DNA of 64,000 nt from Polyangiaceae bacterium (GCA_044376115.1 JBILLK010000015.1:64001-128000); one strand, 5' to 3'. Shown: positions 40,983-50,916, numbered from the stretch's first letter. Numbers and translations: made by a program. Notes: generated from the sequence alone by a model not told the origin.

Positions 40983-42107
40983 ATGAGCCGAAAGATCCCG
41001 CTAATTTCCGCGTCTCTGCTCGCTTACACCTACGTCGGCTATCCGCTGACCATCGGTCTTCTCGCTCGGCTCCGCCCCATGAAGACCAATAGCGATGAGA
41101 GCTACACGCCATTCGTCTCCGTGCTGATCCCGGCCTTCAACGTCGCGAGCTACCTCGAGGCCAAGCTCGATAGCGTGCTCGGCCTGGATTACCCAGCTGA
41201 CAAGCTGGAGGTGCTCGTACTTTCGGACGCCTCCACCGACGAGACCGACGCGATCTTGCAACGCCGAGCGGCGGCCGACCCGCGCATCCGCTACCTGCGC
41301 AGCGACGAGCGCTCGGGGAAGCCCAGCGGGGTGAATCGCATGAAGAGCGAAGCGCGCGGAGAGGTCCTGCTGATGACGGACTCGCGCCAGCCGCTAGCGA
41401 AGGGCGCGTTGCGAGCGTTGGTTCGGCATCTAGCGGATCCCGAGGTGGGCGCAGTTTCGGGGAATTTGGTGTTGGAGGGGGATGCTGGCTCAGGCGTTTA
41501 TTGGCGCTATGAGAATTGGATCCGCGAGCAAGAGGGCAGTTTCCGCAGCATGATCGGGGTAACTGGGCCTGTGTATGCCTTGCGCAAGGAGAACCTTCCG
41601 GAGCTTCCAACGGACATCATCCTCGACGACGTGTTTGCGCCGATGAGCCTGCGACTACGCGGTAAAAAGGTGCTGTTCGAGAAGGACGCTGTCGCTACCG
41701 ATCTGGCCTTTGACGATGACCGCGAGTTTGGTCGGAAGGTGAGAACGCTCGCTGGCAACTACCAAGTATTTGCACGCATGCCGGCGCTCCTCATTCCAGG
41801 GCTCAATCCGTCCTTCTTCGAGACCTTCTCGCACAAGATCCTTCGCCTCGCTGGGCCGTGGATGCTAGGCGCCTTTGCTGCATCGACAGTCGCCCAAGCC
41901 GTGGCCCCCGATGAAGACGAGAGTGAATGGTGGACTACCGCGATGAGAGCGGTTGCGCTGGGGCAGGTCGCCTTCTACGGCCTTGCCGCTGTCGGTCCAC
42001 GCGCTGGTAAAGCGGCCGGAGCAGCGAGGACCTTCGTAGTGATGAATGGCGCCGCGCTGCTAGGGCTATGGCGGTTCGTGCGCAACGCCCAACGCGTTAC
42101 CTGGTGA
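40983..42107 (+). CDS. Glycosyltransferase family 2
   Basis: YTYVGYP, VSVLIPAFN, SDASTD, YWRYE, LDD, RKVR. Confidence 0.88.
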   Translation: MSRKIPLISASLLAYTYVGYPLTIGLLARLRPMKTNSDESYTPFVSVLIPAFNVASYLEAKLDSVLGLDYPADKLEVLVLSDASTDETDAILQRRAAADPRIRYLRSDERSGKPSGVNRMKSEARGEVLLMTDSRQPLAKGALRALVRHLADPEVGAVSGNLVLEGDAGSGVYWRYENWIREQEGSFRSMIGVTGPVYALRKENLPELPTDIILDDVFAPMSLRLRGKKVLFEKDAVATDLAFDDDREFGRKVRTLAGNYQVFARMPALLIPGLNPSFFETFSHKILRLAGPWMLGAFAASTVAQAVAPDEDESEWWTTAMRAVALGQVAFYGLAAVGPRAGKAAGAARTFVVMNGAALLGLWRFVRNAQRVTW

Positions 42108-42141
42108 AAGGTCGCCGACGCAAGGCAGAGAAGCCGCGGCT

Positions 42142-43305
42142 TTACTTGCAGTCCACCTGAATGAAGCGCGCCTGACCTGACGCTGCGACCGTGACGGGGA
42201 CTGCGTTCTGCTTGCCCGTCCAAAGGACCTCACCGAGCTGCGCTGGGTCAAGCGGCGCGCCGCCCAAGAGTGGTGCGAGGTCAATCGGCGGCGCAAGCTC
42301 GCTGGTAACGGCGCCAAGCGCTGCAGGTGCCGCTCGCAAATACTTGGTTGTCCCAAGCTGCGGAATGAGCTCCAAGCGCCCAGGGCCCGACGCGCCGCCA
42401 ACGACCGCTGCGGGATCTTTTAGCGTACTGGCGTGACGAACGAGCACCACCTTCGCTTGGTCGGGCGGAGGCAAAGCGCTCGGATCGCCCTCCAAGAAGC
42501 GGAGGAGAAATCCTGGACCTGCATCCGCCTGTACAGCCACCACCTCGTGCCGACTATCAATCACCCCACCTAGCTCGACGCGCACCGGACACACGTTCGG
42601 CTTGTCTTTGCTTAGCAGGTGCGAAACGACGGGCTTTGGCGGCGAAGGAGCGTTCCCCGGTAAGTACATTGGGTATTGCACGAGGTGCACCGTTCCAACG
42701 TCGGAGACGAAGTTCGTGCGCAGCACCTGCTGCGGGTCGAGCGCTGTTGCGACCGGCGGACCAACCACGCGCCCGTTTGCGTCCAAAAAGGAAGCAAACC
42801 AATGATCACCATCCGCCTCCACCGAGCGGGTGAGCACCAAGCCGCCGCCTGAAAGCGCCACCGCCACGACATCTTTGGGATCGGAAAATCGCCCGATTTT
42901 GACTGGCTTCGAGGTTGGAGCGAGATCGCTCGAGAGAAAGCGAGCGACCACCGTGCCCTGGTCCTCGAACCAAGCCGCAAGTACGCCCTCTTGACTCGCC
43001 GATAGCACCGGCCGCGAGCCAACGAGCGCTGGACCAAGCTCGACGAACGCAAGTCTGCAGTTGGGAGCGCCGGCGTTCTTGACGGTACGCGAAGGGAGCC
43101 GCAACACGCGCTTCCCAATCGGAGGAGCTTCCGGTTTGCAGGGCTCAGCTGGGAGCGGGGCCCCCAGAGTCACCTGCTGCGCTGATTCGCCCGGCGCAGC
43201 TGCCACCGCGTTGTCAACGACGCCCGGCGAAGGCTCAGCCGAACCACACGAAGCCAAGGACAAGCAGAACGATGAAAGGCCCGCGTAGCGAAGGAGGGTT
43301 GCCAT
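42142..43305 (-). CDS. Hypothetical lipoprotein
   Basis: 387-aa ORF, lipobox LASC, TAACCT 9 nt upstream. Confidence 0.55.
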   Translation of the reverse strand: MATLLRYAGLSSFCLSLASCGSAEPSPGVVDNAVAAAPGESAQQVTLGAPLPAEPCKPEAPPIGKRVLRLPSRTVKNAGAPNCRLAFVELGPALVGSRPVLSASQEGVLAAWFEDQGTVVARFLSSDLAPTSKPVKIGRFSDPKDVVAVALSGGGLVLTRSVEADGDHWFASFLDANGRVVGPPVATALDPQQVLRTNFVSDVGTVHLVQYPMYLPGNAPSPPKPVVSHLLSKDKPNVCPVRVELGGVIDSRHEVVAVQADAGPGFLLRFLEGDPSALPPPDQAKVVLVRHASTLKDPAAVVGGASGPGRLELIPQLGTTKYLRAAPAALGAVTSELAPPIDLAPLLGGAPLDPAQLGEVLWTGKQNAVPVTVAASGQARFIQVDCK

Positions 43306-43360
43306 CCGTGGGGCAGGTTACGCATCTGCAAGCTCGCGAGCGAGCACCACCGTCACGGGC

Positions 43361-44797
43361 GTGATAGGAAGCGCCCGACCACCTTCGAGACCTGCCTCAA
43401 GGGACCAAACGTTGACCGAAACGGCGCAAGAAAACCCCGTCCGTCTCAGCTTCAAAGCTGGAACGCTGCGCATCGACGATGCCAGCGTCGAGCTCGGCGA
43501 GAAGTATGGAATGGTGTGGGATCCTCGGGAGAATTGTCATCGCGCCAAAGCCAGCGACTATCGTCGGCTGGTTACACTGCTAACCAAGGCTGGCATCCCG
43601 TTCGTCGACGCGGCGCGCCGCTACACCGAGGAGCCGTTCAACGTGCTCGGAGAGAGGTCCCCCTTCCCTCACCAAGCGGAGGCTGTGCGAGCCTGGGAGG
43701 CGGCGTCAGGCAGTGCGGTCGTCGTGCTGCCAACTGGAGCTGGCAAGACCTTCGTAGCTGCCCTCGCGATCGCCCGGAAGAAGAGGTCCACGCTCGTCGT
43801 AGTGCCCACGCTCGATCTGATGGCGCAATGGCATGACAACCTAAGCACTACGTTTGGAACCAAGGTCGGTCTGGTCGGTGGAGGCTCGCACGAGCCAGAG
43901 GCCCTCACGGTTACTACGTATGACTCGGCCCATTTGCATATGGACCGGTTGGGTGATCGCTTTGGGCTGGTGATCTTCGACGAGTGCCATCACCTACCGA
44001 GCGGAGCCTACAGCACAGCCGCGCGCATGGCGCTCGCCCCATATCGTCTTGGGCTTACCGCAACGCCTGAGCGTAGCGACGGGCGCGAGGACGCCTATCA
44101 CGAGCTGATCGGCCCCATCTGTTATCGCAAAGACATCCGCGAGCTCTCCGGGCACTATCTCGCCCCGTACGAGACAATACGCATTGGCATTCCGCTATCG
44201 GCTGAGGAGCGCGCTGAATACGAGCGCGTACGCGCCGAGTACACTTCGTTCCTACGCAGCACCGGCATCGAGATGAGCCGCCCCGACGGCTTCTCTCAGT
44301 TCCTACTCCGAGCCTCCTTCTCCGAAGCCGGACGCAAAGCTTTACTTGCCTATCGCACGCAGCGGCGGCTGGCCTCTGGGGCTCCGGGCAAGCTGCGGCA
44401 GCTCGAACGACTACTCTTTCTCCACCGCAATGAGCGCATCCTGATCTTCACTGAAGACAACGCGACCGTCCACGAGATCGCTACTCGGCTATTGTTGCCA
44501 GCCATTACCCATCAGACAAAGGTCAAAGAGCGCTCCCGGATCCTGGCTGACTTTGCGCGCGGAGAGCTGTTCGCCATCGTTACCAGCAAGGTCCTCAATG
44601 AAGGTGTGGACGTGCCCAGCGCGAGCATCGGCATCGTGCTTTCTGGCAGCGGCTCGGTACGAGAACACGTTCAGCGGCTCGGCCGTATTCTACGTAAATC
44701 CGCGACCAAGCGCGCGATCCTCTATGAGCTCGTGGCCGGCGGGACCAGCGAGGAGCGCACTAGCGAACGGAGACGGGAACACAGTGCTTACAAGTGA
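43361..44797 (+). CDS. SF2 helicase, XPB/Rad25-like
   Basis: LPTGAGKT, DECHHL, LGLTATP, EGVDVP, QRLGRILR; start may be TTG 43412. Confidence 0.85.
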   Translation: MIGSARPPSRPASRDQTLTETAQENPVRLSFKAGTLRIDDASVELGEKYGMVWDPRENCHRAKASDYRRLVTLLTKAGIPFVDAARRYTEEPFNVLGERSPFPHQAEAVRAWEAASGSAVVVLPTGAGKTFVAALAIARKKRSTLVVVPTLDLMAQWHDNLSTTFGTKVGLVGGGSHEPEALTVTTYDSAHLHMDRLGDRFGLVIFDECHHLPSGAYSTAARMALAPYRLGLTATPERSDGREDAYHELIGPICYRKDIRELSGHYLAPYETIRIGIPLSAEERAEYERVRAEYTSFLRSTGIEMSRPDGFSQFLLRASFSEAGRKALLAYRTQRRLASGAPGKLRQLERLLFLHRNERILIFTEDNATVHEIATRLLLPAITHQTKVKERSRILADFARGELFAIVTSKVLNEGVDVPSASIGIVLSGSGSVREHVQRLGRILRKSATKRAILYELVAGGTSEERTSERRREHSAYK

Positions 44798-45992
44798 TCT
44801 GGTGCGCGGCCGCGTGAAGGCCGGCACGCTGCACCCTCGCTATCTCGCGCCCAAAGACTGGCCACGTTTTCTCCCGATGGCCGAGAGCTTGGTTGCGACC
44901 TTTGGTGCGATGGTGGGCGAGCCGAAGTCCGAGCTCGATCAAGCGGTGCTGGCCGTGCCGCACGGACCAAGGGACCGCTTGGTCTTCTTGGGGCTGAAGA
45001 AGCTGTGTGAAGATCGGTTGGAGCTGGCGGAGGCAAGTGAGCTCTCTCCGCCCGACGTCCGGGCCACCGTGTTTGCGCTCGCAGCTACCGCGCACCGCAC
45101 TGGGCAACCCTTCGATCGCGAGGCCGTCCTTGGCGACGCTGCGCACAAGCTCGGCGTGGCGAAAGAGCTGGTTGAGCAAGCGCTATTCGCCGATCTGCGC
45201 GAGGCTCAAGTGGCGCGTCATTGGGAGCCTATCGCGCCACGAGAGCTACTATCGGGCTACAACCTCTCCGTCGCACAGGCGGTGTTACTGCGAGCCACAC
45301 GAATGACGGTGCGGGCGAGCGATCCGCGGCCGCAGGTTTGGCGAGCCGTCTTCCGCAGCCTACGTTTCCACGGTCTTTTGCATACGATTGAGCAACAACC
45401 CGAAGGGTACGTCATCAACGTGGACGGCCCGTTTAGTATGTTTGACTCGATTCAGAAGTACGGACTTCGGATGGGGCTATTTCTGAAGTCGGCTTTAACG
45501 CTCAAAGGCGCCAACATCATAGCGGAGGTGTTGTGGGGCCAAGAGCGAACGCCGCTGCGATTCGAAGTGAGCGCCGGTGACTTTGGGGATGGCCTGCTCG
45601 AGCCTCCGCCACCTCCTCGGCCCGAGCTCGAGCAGCTGCGAGTTGCCTTTAAGGCGCTCCAATCCAGCTGGCAGGTAACGCCTTGTGAGGAGCTATTGGT
45701 TGCACGGGACGGCGGCGCGCTGATCCCTGACTTGGTCTTTACTCAGCCCAAAAAGAAGAAACTAAAGGTCTATCTCGAGCTGTTCGGCTTCTGGAGCCGC
45801 GCAGCGATCTTCAACCGAATTGCGCAGCTCCAGCTCGGTGGCCTGCCCCCGTTGATCCTGGTGGCCGGGAAGAACCTCCGGGTCAGTGAAGAGCTCGTCG
45901 ATGAAAGCGCCGATCTCGCTTCGCTCTACATGTTCAAAACCACCATCAGTGCCAAAGAGGTCCTTCGGCGGCTCGAGGCCGTCTCGGGTTAG
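44784..45992 (+). CDS. DUF790 (Bax1-like) nuclease
   Basis: GTG 44784 overlapping the helicase end; MLTSDLVR, LFADL, YNLSVAQAVL, DGPFS, KYG, IPDL...YLELFGFW. Confidence 0.8.
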   Translation: MLTSDLVRGRVKAGTLHPRYLAPKDWPRFLPMAESLVATFGAMVGEPKSELDQAVLAVPHGPRDRLVFLGLKKLCEDRLELAEASELSPPDVRATVFALAATAHRTGQPFDREAVLGDAAHKLGVAKELVEQALFADLREAQVARHWEPIAPRELLSGYNLSVAQAVLLRATRMTVRASDPRPQVWRAVFRSLRFHGLLHTIEQQPEGYVINVDGPFSMFDSIQKYGLRMGLFLKSALTLKGANIIAEVLWGQERTPLRFEVSAGDFGDGLLEPPPPPRPELEQLRVAFKALQSSWQVTPCEELLVARDGGALIPDLVFTQPKKKKLKVYLELFGFWSRAAIFNRIAQLQLGGLPPLILVAGKNLRVSEELVDESADLASLYMFKTTISAKEVLRRLEAVSG

Positions 45993-46043
45993 TAAGTAGC
46001 ATCACGCTTGCGTAAAACCGCAGCTGCGATCAAGCTGCGGCCC

Positions 46044-46964
46044 ATGTCGCTGGTAGCGTTGATCAAGGGGAAGTCGGGCGCGAGTGGGTTTGGCTATGCA
46101 TCCACCGCGGAGGAAGTGACCGCTGGGCTCGACTTGCGAGGGAAGGTCATCCTGATCACGGGGGCCAACTCGGGGCTTGGTCTGGAGAGCGCTCGCGTCC
46201 TCGCGAGTCGCGGCGCACAGATCTTGGTCGCGGCTCGCACCGTGGAGAAGGCCGCTCCCATCTGTGAGAGCCTAGGGCAAGGCGCGCTGCCTATTGCCTG
46301 TGAGCTCTCGGAGCCTGCGTCTGTGCGGGCTTGCGTTGAAAGCGTGAAGGCGCTCGGGCTCAAGCTCGACGTACTACTGTGCAACGCGGGCATCATGACG
46401 CTGCCGGAGCGCACGGTCGTCCTTGGCCAAGAGCTGCAATTCCTGACCAACCACATCGGGCACTTCATGCTCGTCACCGGGCTCTTGGACCAACTCGCAG
46501 ACAACGCGCGCGTCGTTGTCCTTTCAAGCACCGCACACCGCTGGGCCCCTGCGGCAGGCATTCAGTTCGATGATCTTTCGTTGAAGTCCAACTACACGCC
46601 GCGAGGAGCTTATGGCCAAGCGAAGCTGGCTAATCTGCTATTTGCACGCTCGCTCGCGCGGCGGTTCGGCGGAACAGGGAAGACGGCCAATTCACTGCAC
46701 CCCGGGGTGATCAACACCAACCTCGGGCGACATATGAGTCCGGTGCTCCGAGCCTTGGCGCCGATCGCCAATGCGATCGCCTTGAAGACCATCCCCCAAG
46801 GAGCTGCAACGCAATGCTACGTAGCGGTCCACCCGAGCGTAGCGAGCGTGAATGGGGAGTACTTCGCCGATTGCAATATCGCGCGCAGCTCGAGCTTCGG
46901 CCGTAGTGACGCCATGGCGGACCAGTTGTGGGACGTCAGCGAGAAGATCGTCGCTGGCTTCTGA
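46044..46964 (+). CDS. SDR family oxidoreductase (retinol dehydrogenase-like)
   Basis: TGANSGLG, CNAG, YGQAK, HPG. Confidence 0.88.
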   Translation: MSLVALIKGKSGASGFGYASTAEEVTAGLDLRGKVILITGANSGLGLESARVLASRGAQILVAARTVEKAAPICESLGQGALPIACELSEPASVRACVESVKALGLKLDVLLCNAGIMTLPERTVVLGQELQFLTNHIGHFMLVTGLLDQLADNARVVVLSSTAHRWAPAAGIQFDDLSLKSNYTPRGAYGQAKLANLLFARSLARRFGGTGKTANSLHPGVINTNLGRHMSPVLRALAPIANAIALKTIPQGAATQCYVAVHPSVASVNGEYFADCNIARSSSFGRSDAMADQLWDVSEKIVAGF

Positions 46965-46972
46965 GGTGTGCG

Positions 46973-47746
46973 CTAACGCGCAGTCTCCTCGAAGAACCGG
47001 TCCAAGACCTCCCCTACCCCGTGCAGGTGATCGACCAGCACCTGGGACACGTCGCGCAAAGAATACATCACCGTAATCAGGCCTATCCCGATCAGTAGGG
47101 GGAAGCCGACGTTGAACACCTGCAGCGAGGGGGCCATCCGAGCGACGATCGCGAGGGCGATTTGTACGATCAGGGCAATCGCGACGACGGGCATGGCGAG
47201 CCGCACCCCAATGGCGATGGCCGAGACCGTGGTATCGAGCAGCACGGGAACGGCGTCGGCAGGGTTGAACGGGGCCCCGAGCGGGACCGCTTGAAAAGAC
47301 TCAACGAGATAGGAGAGTACGATCCGATGGCTGCCCGAGGAGACGAACAGCAGCGTAGCGAGCAGCGTGAAGATGCGTGATACCACGGTATCTTGCGTAC
47401 CGAGCATTGGGTTGAAGAGGGAGGCTGAGCCGAGCCCCGTCATCTGACCGATCAATTCGCCGGCTACTTCACCAGCCGAGAGCACGACCCGGCAGATGAA
47501 GCCGACCGAGGCGCCGAGCATCAGCTCGAGCGCCATCGGCATTACGAGGGAGAGATTCAACGCAAGGTCTCGTGGCCTCTCGACGCCCAAGCTGAGCGAA
47601 AAGAACGCGAGCGCTAGGGCGAGCCCCACACGCGCCGGACGCGGAACATCCTTGCTCGGAAAGGGCGTCGTCAGCAGAAAGCCGCTCGTCCGTGAGAACA
47701 TTAGCGCGAAGGCTAAGCCCTCTCTCATCAGGAGTTCGGCCAGCAT
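46973..47746 (-). CDS. fliR: Flagellar export protein FliR
   Basis: Multi-TM; AGELIGQMTGL, GIVARMAP-like IVARMAPSLQVF..GFP; follows fliQ. Confidence 0.88.
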   Translation of the reverse strand: MLAELLMREGLAFALMFSRTSGFLLTTPFPSKDVPRPARVGLALALAFFSLSLGVERPRDLALNLSLVMPMALELMLGASVGFICRVVLSAGEVAGELIGQMTGLGSASLFNPMLGTQDTVVSRIFTLLATLLFVSSGSHRIVLSYLVESFQAVPLGAPFNPADAVPVLLDTTVSAIAIGVRLAMPVVAIALIVQIALAIVARMAPSLQVFNVGFPLLIGIGLITVMYSLRDVSQVLVDHLHGVGEVLDRFFEETAR

Positions 47747-47761
47747 GGCTCTATCGCTTCG

Positions 47762-48031
47762 CTATTCTACGACCGTCGCGATCGAGTCGAAGCTGGTGCG
47801 GGTATAGAGCAGCAGCTTGTCGAAGATCATTGGCCCCAGGAACAGAATGACGGCCAGCATGCCGGCTACCTTCGCCGCGTAAGCGATGGCTGGTTCATTG
47901 ATCTGCGTGGCAGTCTGAATGACGCCAACCAGGATGCCGACCACCGCAGCAACGAGCAAGAGCGGCATTGCAACGTAAAGGCTTGTCTCCACGAACCGGG
48001 TAATCAGCGATATGGCGCCATCGGTTGTCAC
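47762..48031 (-). CDS. fliQ: Flagellar export protein FliQ
   Basis: VGILVGVIQTATQINEP..AY..K. Confidence 0.9.
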   Translation of the reverse strand: MTTDGAISLITRFVETSLYVAMPLLLVAAVVGILVGVIQTATQINEPAIAYAAKVAGMLAVILFLGPMIFDKLLLYTRTSFDSIATVVE

Positions 48032-48687
48032 GTAAAGCTCCTTACAAGGGAGTGAACCAGCATGTGCCAGCCATCCACCAAGACAAACACGAGCAGCTTG
48101 AGCGGAAGGCTGATCTGCGACGGCGGCACCATCATCATGCCCATGCTCATCAAGCCTGAGCTCACCGCTAAGTCGATGACCAAGAACGGTAGCAGCACCA
48201 AAACACCCATCTCGAACGCGGTCGTCAACTCACTAACGACGAAGGCTGGCGCTGCGATACGGATCGGCACTTCCCCTTCTGTCTTGGGCAGCGGATGCCC
48301 GGAGATGTCGTAAAAGAGCGCCAAGTCGGCTTCGCGCGTCTGCCGGAGCATGAAGCTCTTGATTGGCGCGAGACCACGGTCGATAGCCTCCATCTGGCTG
48401 ATCTCACCGCGCTGGAAGGGCTCATAAGCATCGCTCATGACCTTCTCGGCGACCGGCGCCATCGTGAACATCGTGAGAAACAGCGCCAACCCCACCAGGA
48501 CCTGCGTGGGTGGAGACTGCTGTGAACCGATACCCTGACGAACGAAGGAGAGGACGATGATGAAGCGCGTGAAGCTCGTCATCGTGAGGATGATTGCCGG
48601 CAGCAGCGACAGCAGGGTCAGCAGCAGCAGCACCGAGAGCTGCGGCGACAAGCCCAGCTTGCTCATGTCGGGCAAGCCACCCATCAC
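48028..48687 (-). CDS. fliP: Flagellar export protein FliP
   Basis: MTSFTRFIIVLS, PPTQVL, PAFVVSELTTAF, GMMMVPP, PLKLLVFVLVDGW. Confidence 0.93.
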   Translation of the reverse strand: MMGGLPDMSKLGLSPQLSVLLLLTLLSLLPAIILTMTSFTRFIIVLSFVRQGIGSQQSPPTQVLVGLALFLTMFTMAPVAEKVMSDAYEPFQRGEISQMEAIDRGLAPIKSFMLRQTREADLALFYDISGHPLPKTEGEVPIRIAAPAFVVSELTTAFEMGVLVLLPFLVIDLAVSSGLMSMGMMMVPPSQISLPLKLLVFVLVDGWHMLVHSLVRSFT

Positions 48688-49703
48688 GCACCTCGCTTCG
48701 CCCCGAGACCACGTACCTGACCCTCGAGCTGCCCGTAGTCACGTGCACGGTTGCGCTTGGCTGCCAAAGACGTCGGCTGCGAGTTGCTGGATACGGCTGA
48801 GAAGCGCGGCGTTCGTTCCTCGGACTCGGCGCGCGCGCTGGCCAGTAGCCGATTGAGGCTCTCCTCCATATCCGACGACTTGCTCGACGGGGCAAAACCC
48901 GACTTCTCACGGTTCATGGTGTTGTTTGGCTCGCGGGGCGGGAAGCGAAGCGGATTGGCCTCGGGGTCTCGCTGCGGGGTCTCGCGGCTACCACCAAACT
49001 CGCGCATATGGTCACGGAAGGCCGCCGGCTCACGGAAGCCATTCGAAGACTCCCGCGCAGCGGGCTCGCGATTCATCGACGTTTCACGATTCATCGAGGT
49101 CTCGCGAATCATCGACTCGCGATTGGACGCACGGCCCAAATCACGCACGACGTCGCGCTCGCTTTGCGGCTCACGCAGGTCGTCATCGATCTCATGCGCG
49201 CCGACCTTCGGCTCATCGGATAGTACGGTAAGGGTCGTGAGCGACGACGGGGTGACGCCGACCAACAGGCGCTGACCGTCAATCTCGACGACCATCAGGG
49301 AAGAGCGACCGCCGATCGAAGTGCGACCTACCACGCGAGCCATCGGCCCCGTTGGCAGGACGCCGCGCGCGCCGTTCTTTCGACGGTATAACAAGTAGGC
49401 GCCGGCAAACGCGACAGCGACCAAGCCCACCTTGGGACCCCAGCCGATGCCCTCGCTGGTGGGACGCAACTCGAGCGGGCTGCCTTCAGCGGGCTTACGC
49501 AGATTGAGCGGTTGCTGAGGCTCGCTGGCGGGTGCCGGACGCTCGGCCTCGGGGACCTCGAGCATGGGCGGACCAACAATCGGCTTTTGGGCGTCTTGGG
49601 CCCAGGCAGAAGTCATAAATCCGACGGTCGGTGTCAAACCGATGACGCCGATAGCCAGACTTTTCACCGAACGACGCCAGATATTGCTACGAAACACGCT
49701 CAC
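48684..49703 (-). CDS. fliO: FliO-like protein with N-terminal signal region and long charged C-terminal tail
   Basis: Between fliN and fliP; TM then VVGRTSIGGRSSLMVVEIDGQRLLVGVT. Confidence 0.72.
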   Translation of the reverse strand: MSVFRSNIWRRSVKSLAIGVIGLTPTVGFMTSAWAQDAQKPIVGPPMLEVPEAERPAPASEPQQPLNLRKPAEGSPLELRPTSEGIGWGPKVGLVAVAFAGAYLLYRRKNGARGVLPTGPMARVVGRTSIGGRSSLMVVEIDGQRLLVGVTPSSLTTLTVLSDEPKVGAHEIDDDLREPQSERDVVRDLGRASNRESMIRETSMNRETSMNREPAARESSNGFREPAAFRDHMREFGGSRETPQRDPEANPLRFPPREPNNTMNREKSGFAPSSKSSDMEESLNRLLASARAESEERTPRFSAVSSNSQPTSLAAKRNRARDYGQLEGQVRGLGAKRGA

Positions 49704-49990
49704 GTTGCACCCTCGCTTCCTGCTGAGAGCTCGGTAATGCGAACTCCATACCGATCGCCAACGACGATCGCTTCGCCTCGTCCGAGCAGCTGGTCGTTCA
49801 CGTAAATGTCCACGGGTTCACCGGCGGCCTTGCCCAGCTCGAGGGTTTGGCCGGGGGCTAGCCGCAGAATGTCGGCGATCCGTTTGCGGCAACGACCGAT
49901 CTCGACGGTGATCTCGACCTCGACGTCGCGAAGAACGTGGAATGCGCCGTGATCGATGATTGCGGCAGGCTCGCCATTTGCGCCACTCAT
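49700..49990 (-). CDS. fliN: Flagellar motor switch protein FliN
   Basis: DVEVEITVEIG, LELGKAAGEPVDIYVN..LGRGEAIVV..YGVRIT. Confidence 0.92.
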   Translation of the reverse strand: MSGANGEPAAIIDHGAFHVLRDVEVEITVEIGRCRKRIADILRLAPGQTLELGKAAGEPVDIYVNDQLLGRGEAIVVGDRYGVRITELSAGSEGAT

Positions 49991-50916
49991 GCAGGTACCT
50001 CTCGGGATGTTTCAATCATTACGGCTTCGATCTCGCGCGGGCGGGGCTCCGGCGCTGCGAGACGCGGCTCCTCGAGCCGCTCCAAAACAGTGACAGCCAG
50101 CTGGGTTCCGCTGGTGGTCGGTCGGGCTCGCAAGAGCGGCCGCCCTTGAATGCGAACGAGCACAGGCGAGCGAACCGGAGTCTCGAGCCGAATCACGTCC
50201 CCCACCCGCAAGGCGTCAATAACGCTTAGTCGCCTGCGAACACGGCCGAGTTCGGCCACCAAGTCGAGCTCCACCTGGGAGAGGATGGCCGGCATCTTGG
50301 AGGCGGTTTCACCTTTACGGGCGCCGGGGAAGACGCCGCCTGCCATCGAAGAAAGCGCGTCGCGCGTTACCCCGATAAAGATCCGACGCTCTTTGTTGCC
50401 ACCGATCGCTAGCCCAAGCACCGCGAACTCGCCCTCTTTGGGCAGGCCGCTTTCGTTGGGTAGCTTGCGCAGGCGCAGGCCCAAGCCGAACATCGCGTCG
50501 GAGATCAGCCGGGCAATCGGGTCAGTGACCCGAGACATGGCGGCTTTCTGCGCCGCCGTTAGGTCAGTCACCGGTGGCAGATCATCCGCGTCCAGATCTC
50601 CACCCAAGGCCGCTTCAAGCAAGTAGCCAATAGCGCCCGGGTCGAACAGGATGAAGGCTCGTGAACCGCCGGGGTCCGTCGCTAGGGGGATATGATAGTG
50701 CGGCTCCGCTACCCCGGTAAGCAGCTCACTCGCCTTGCATAGCCGCGCCGGCTCCGGATCCACAGTGACGCCTTTGCGCATGAGGATCGGGACGGCGCGT
50801 CTCACCGCGCTTTCGAAGTCCCGCGCCCGCCCGTCGATCTGGGACAGAACACGAGGCCCAGCCCCGTTTTGTCCCGGGTCGGAGAGCAGGCTGCGGATGT
50901 CCTTCGCTTCGCTCAT
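49987..50916 (-). CDS. fliM: Flagellar motor switch protein FliM (divergent)
   Basis: Between fliL and fliN; LGG motif; C-terminal SpoA domain (LVAELG...LRVGDVIRL). Confidence 0.72.
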   Translation of the reverse strand: MSEAKDIRSLLSDPGQNGAGPRVLSQIDGRARDFESAVRRAVPILMRKGVTVDPEPARLCKASELLTGVAEPHYHIPLATDPGGSRAFILFDPGAIGYLLEAALGGDLDADDLPPVTDLTAAQKAAMSRVTDPIARLISDAMFGLGLRLRKLPNESGLPKEGEFAVLGLAIGGNKERRIFIGVTRDALSSMAGGVFPGARKGETASKMPAILSQVELDLVAELGRVRRRLSVIDALRVGDVIRLETPVRSPVLVRIQGRPLLRARPTTSGTQLAVTVLERLEEPRLAAPEPRPREIEAVMIETSREVPA

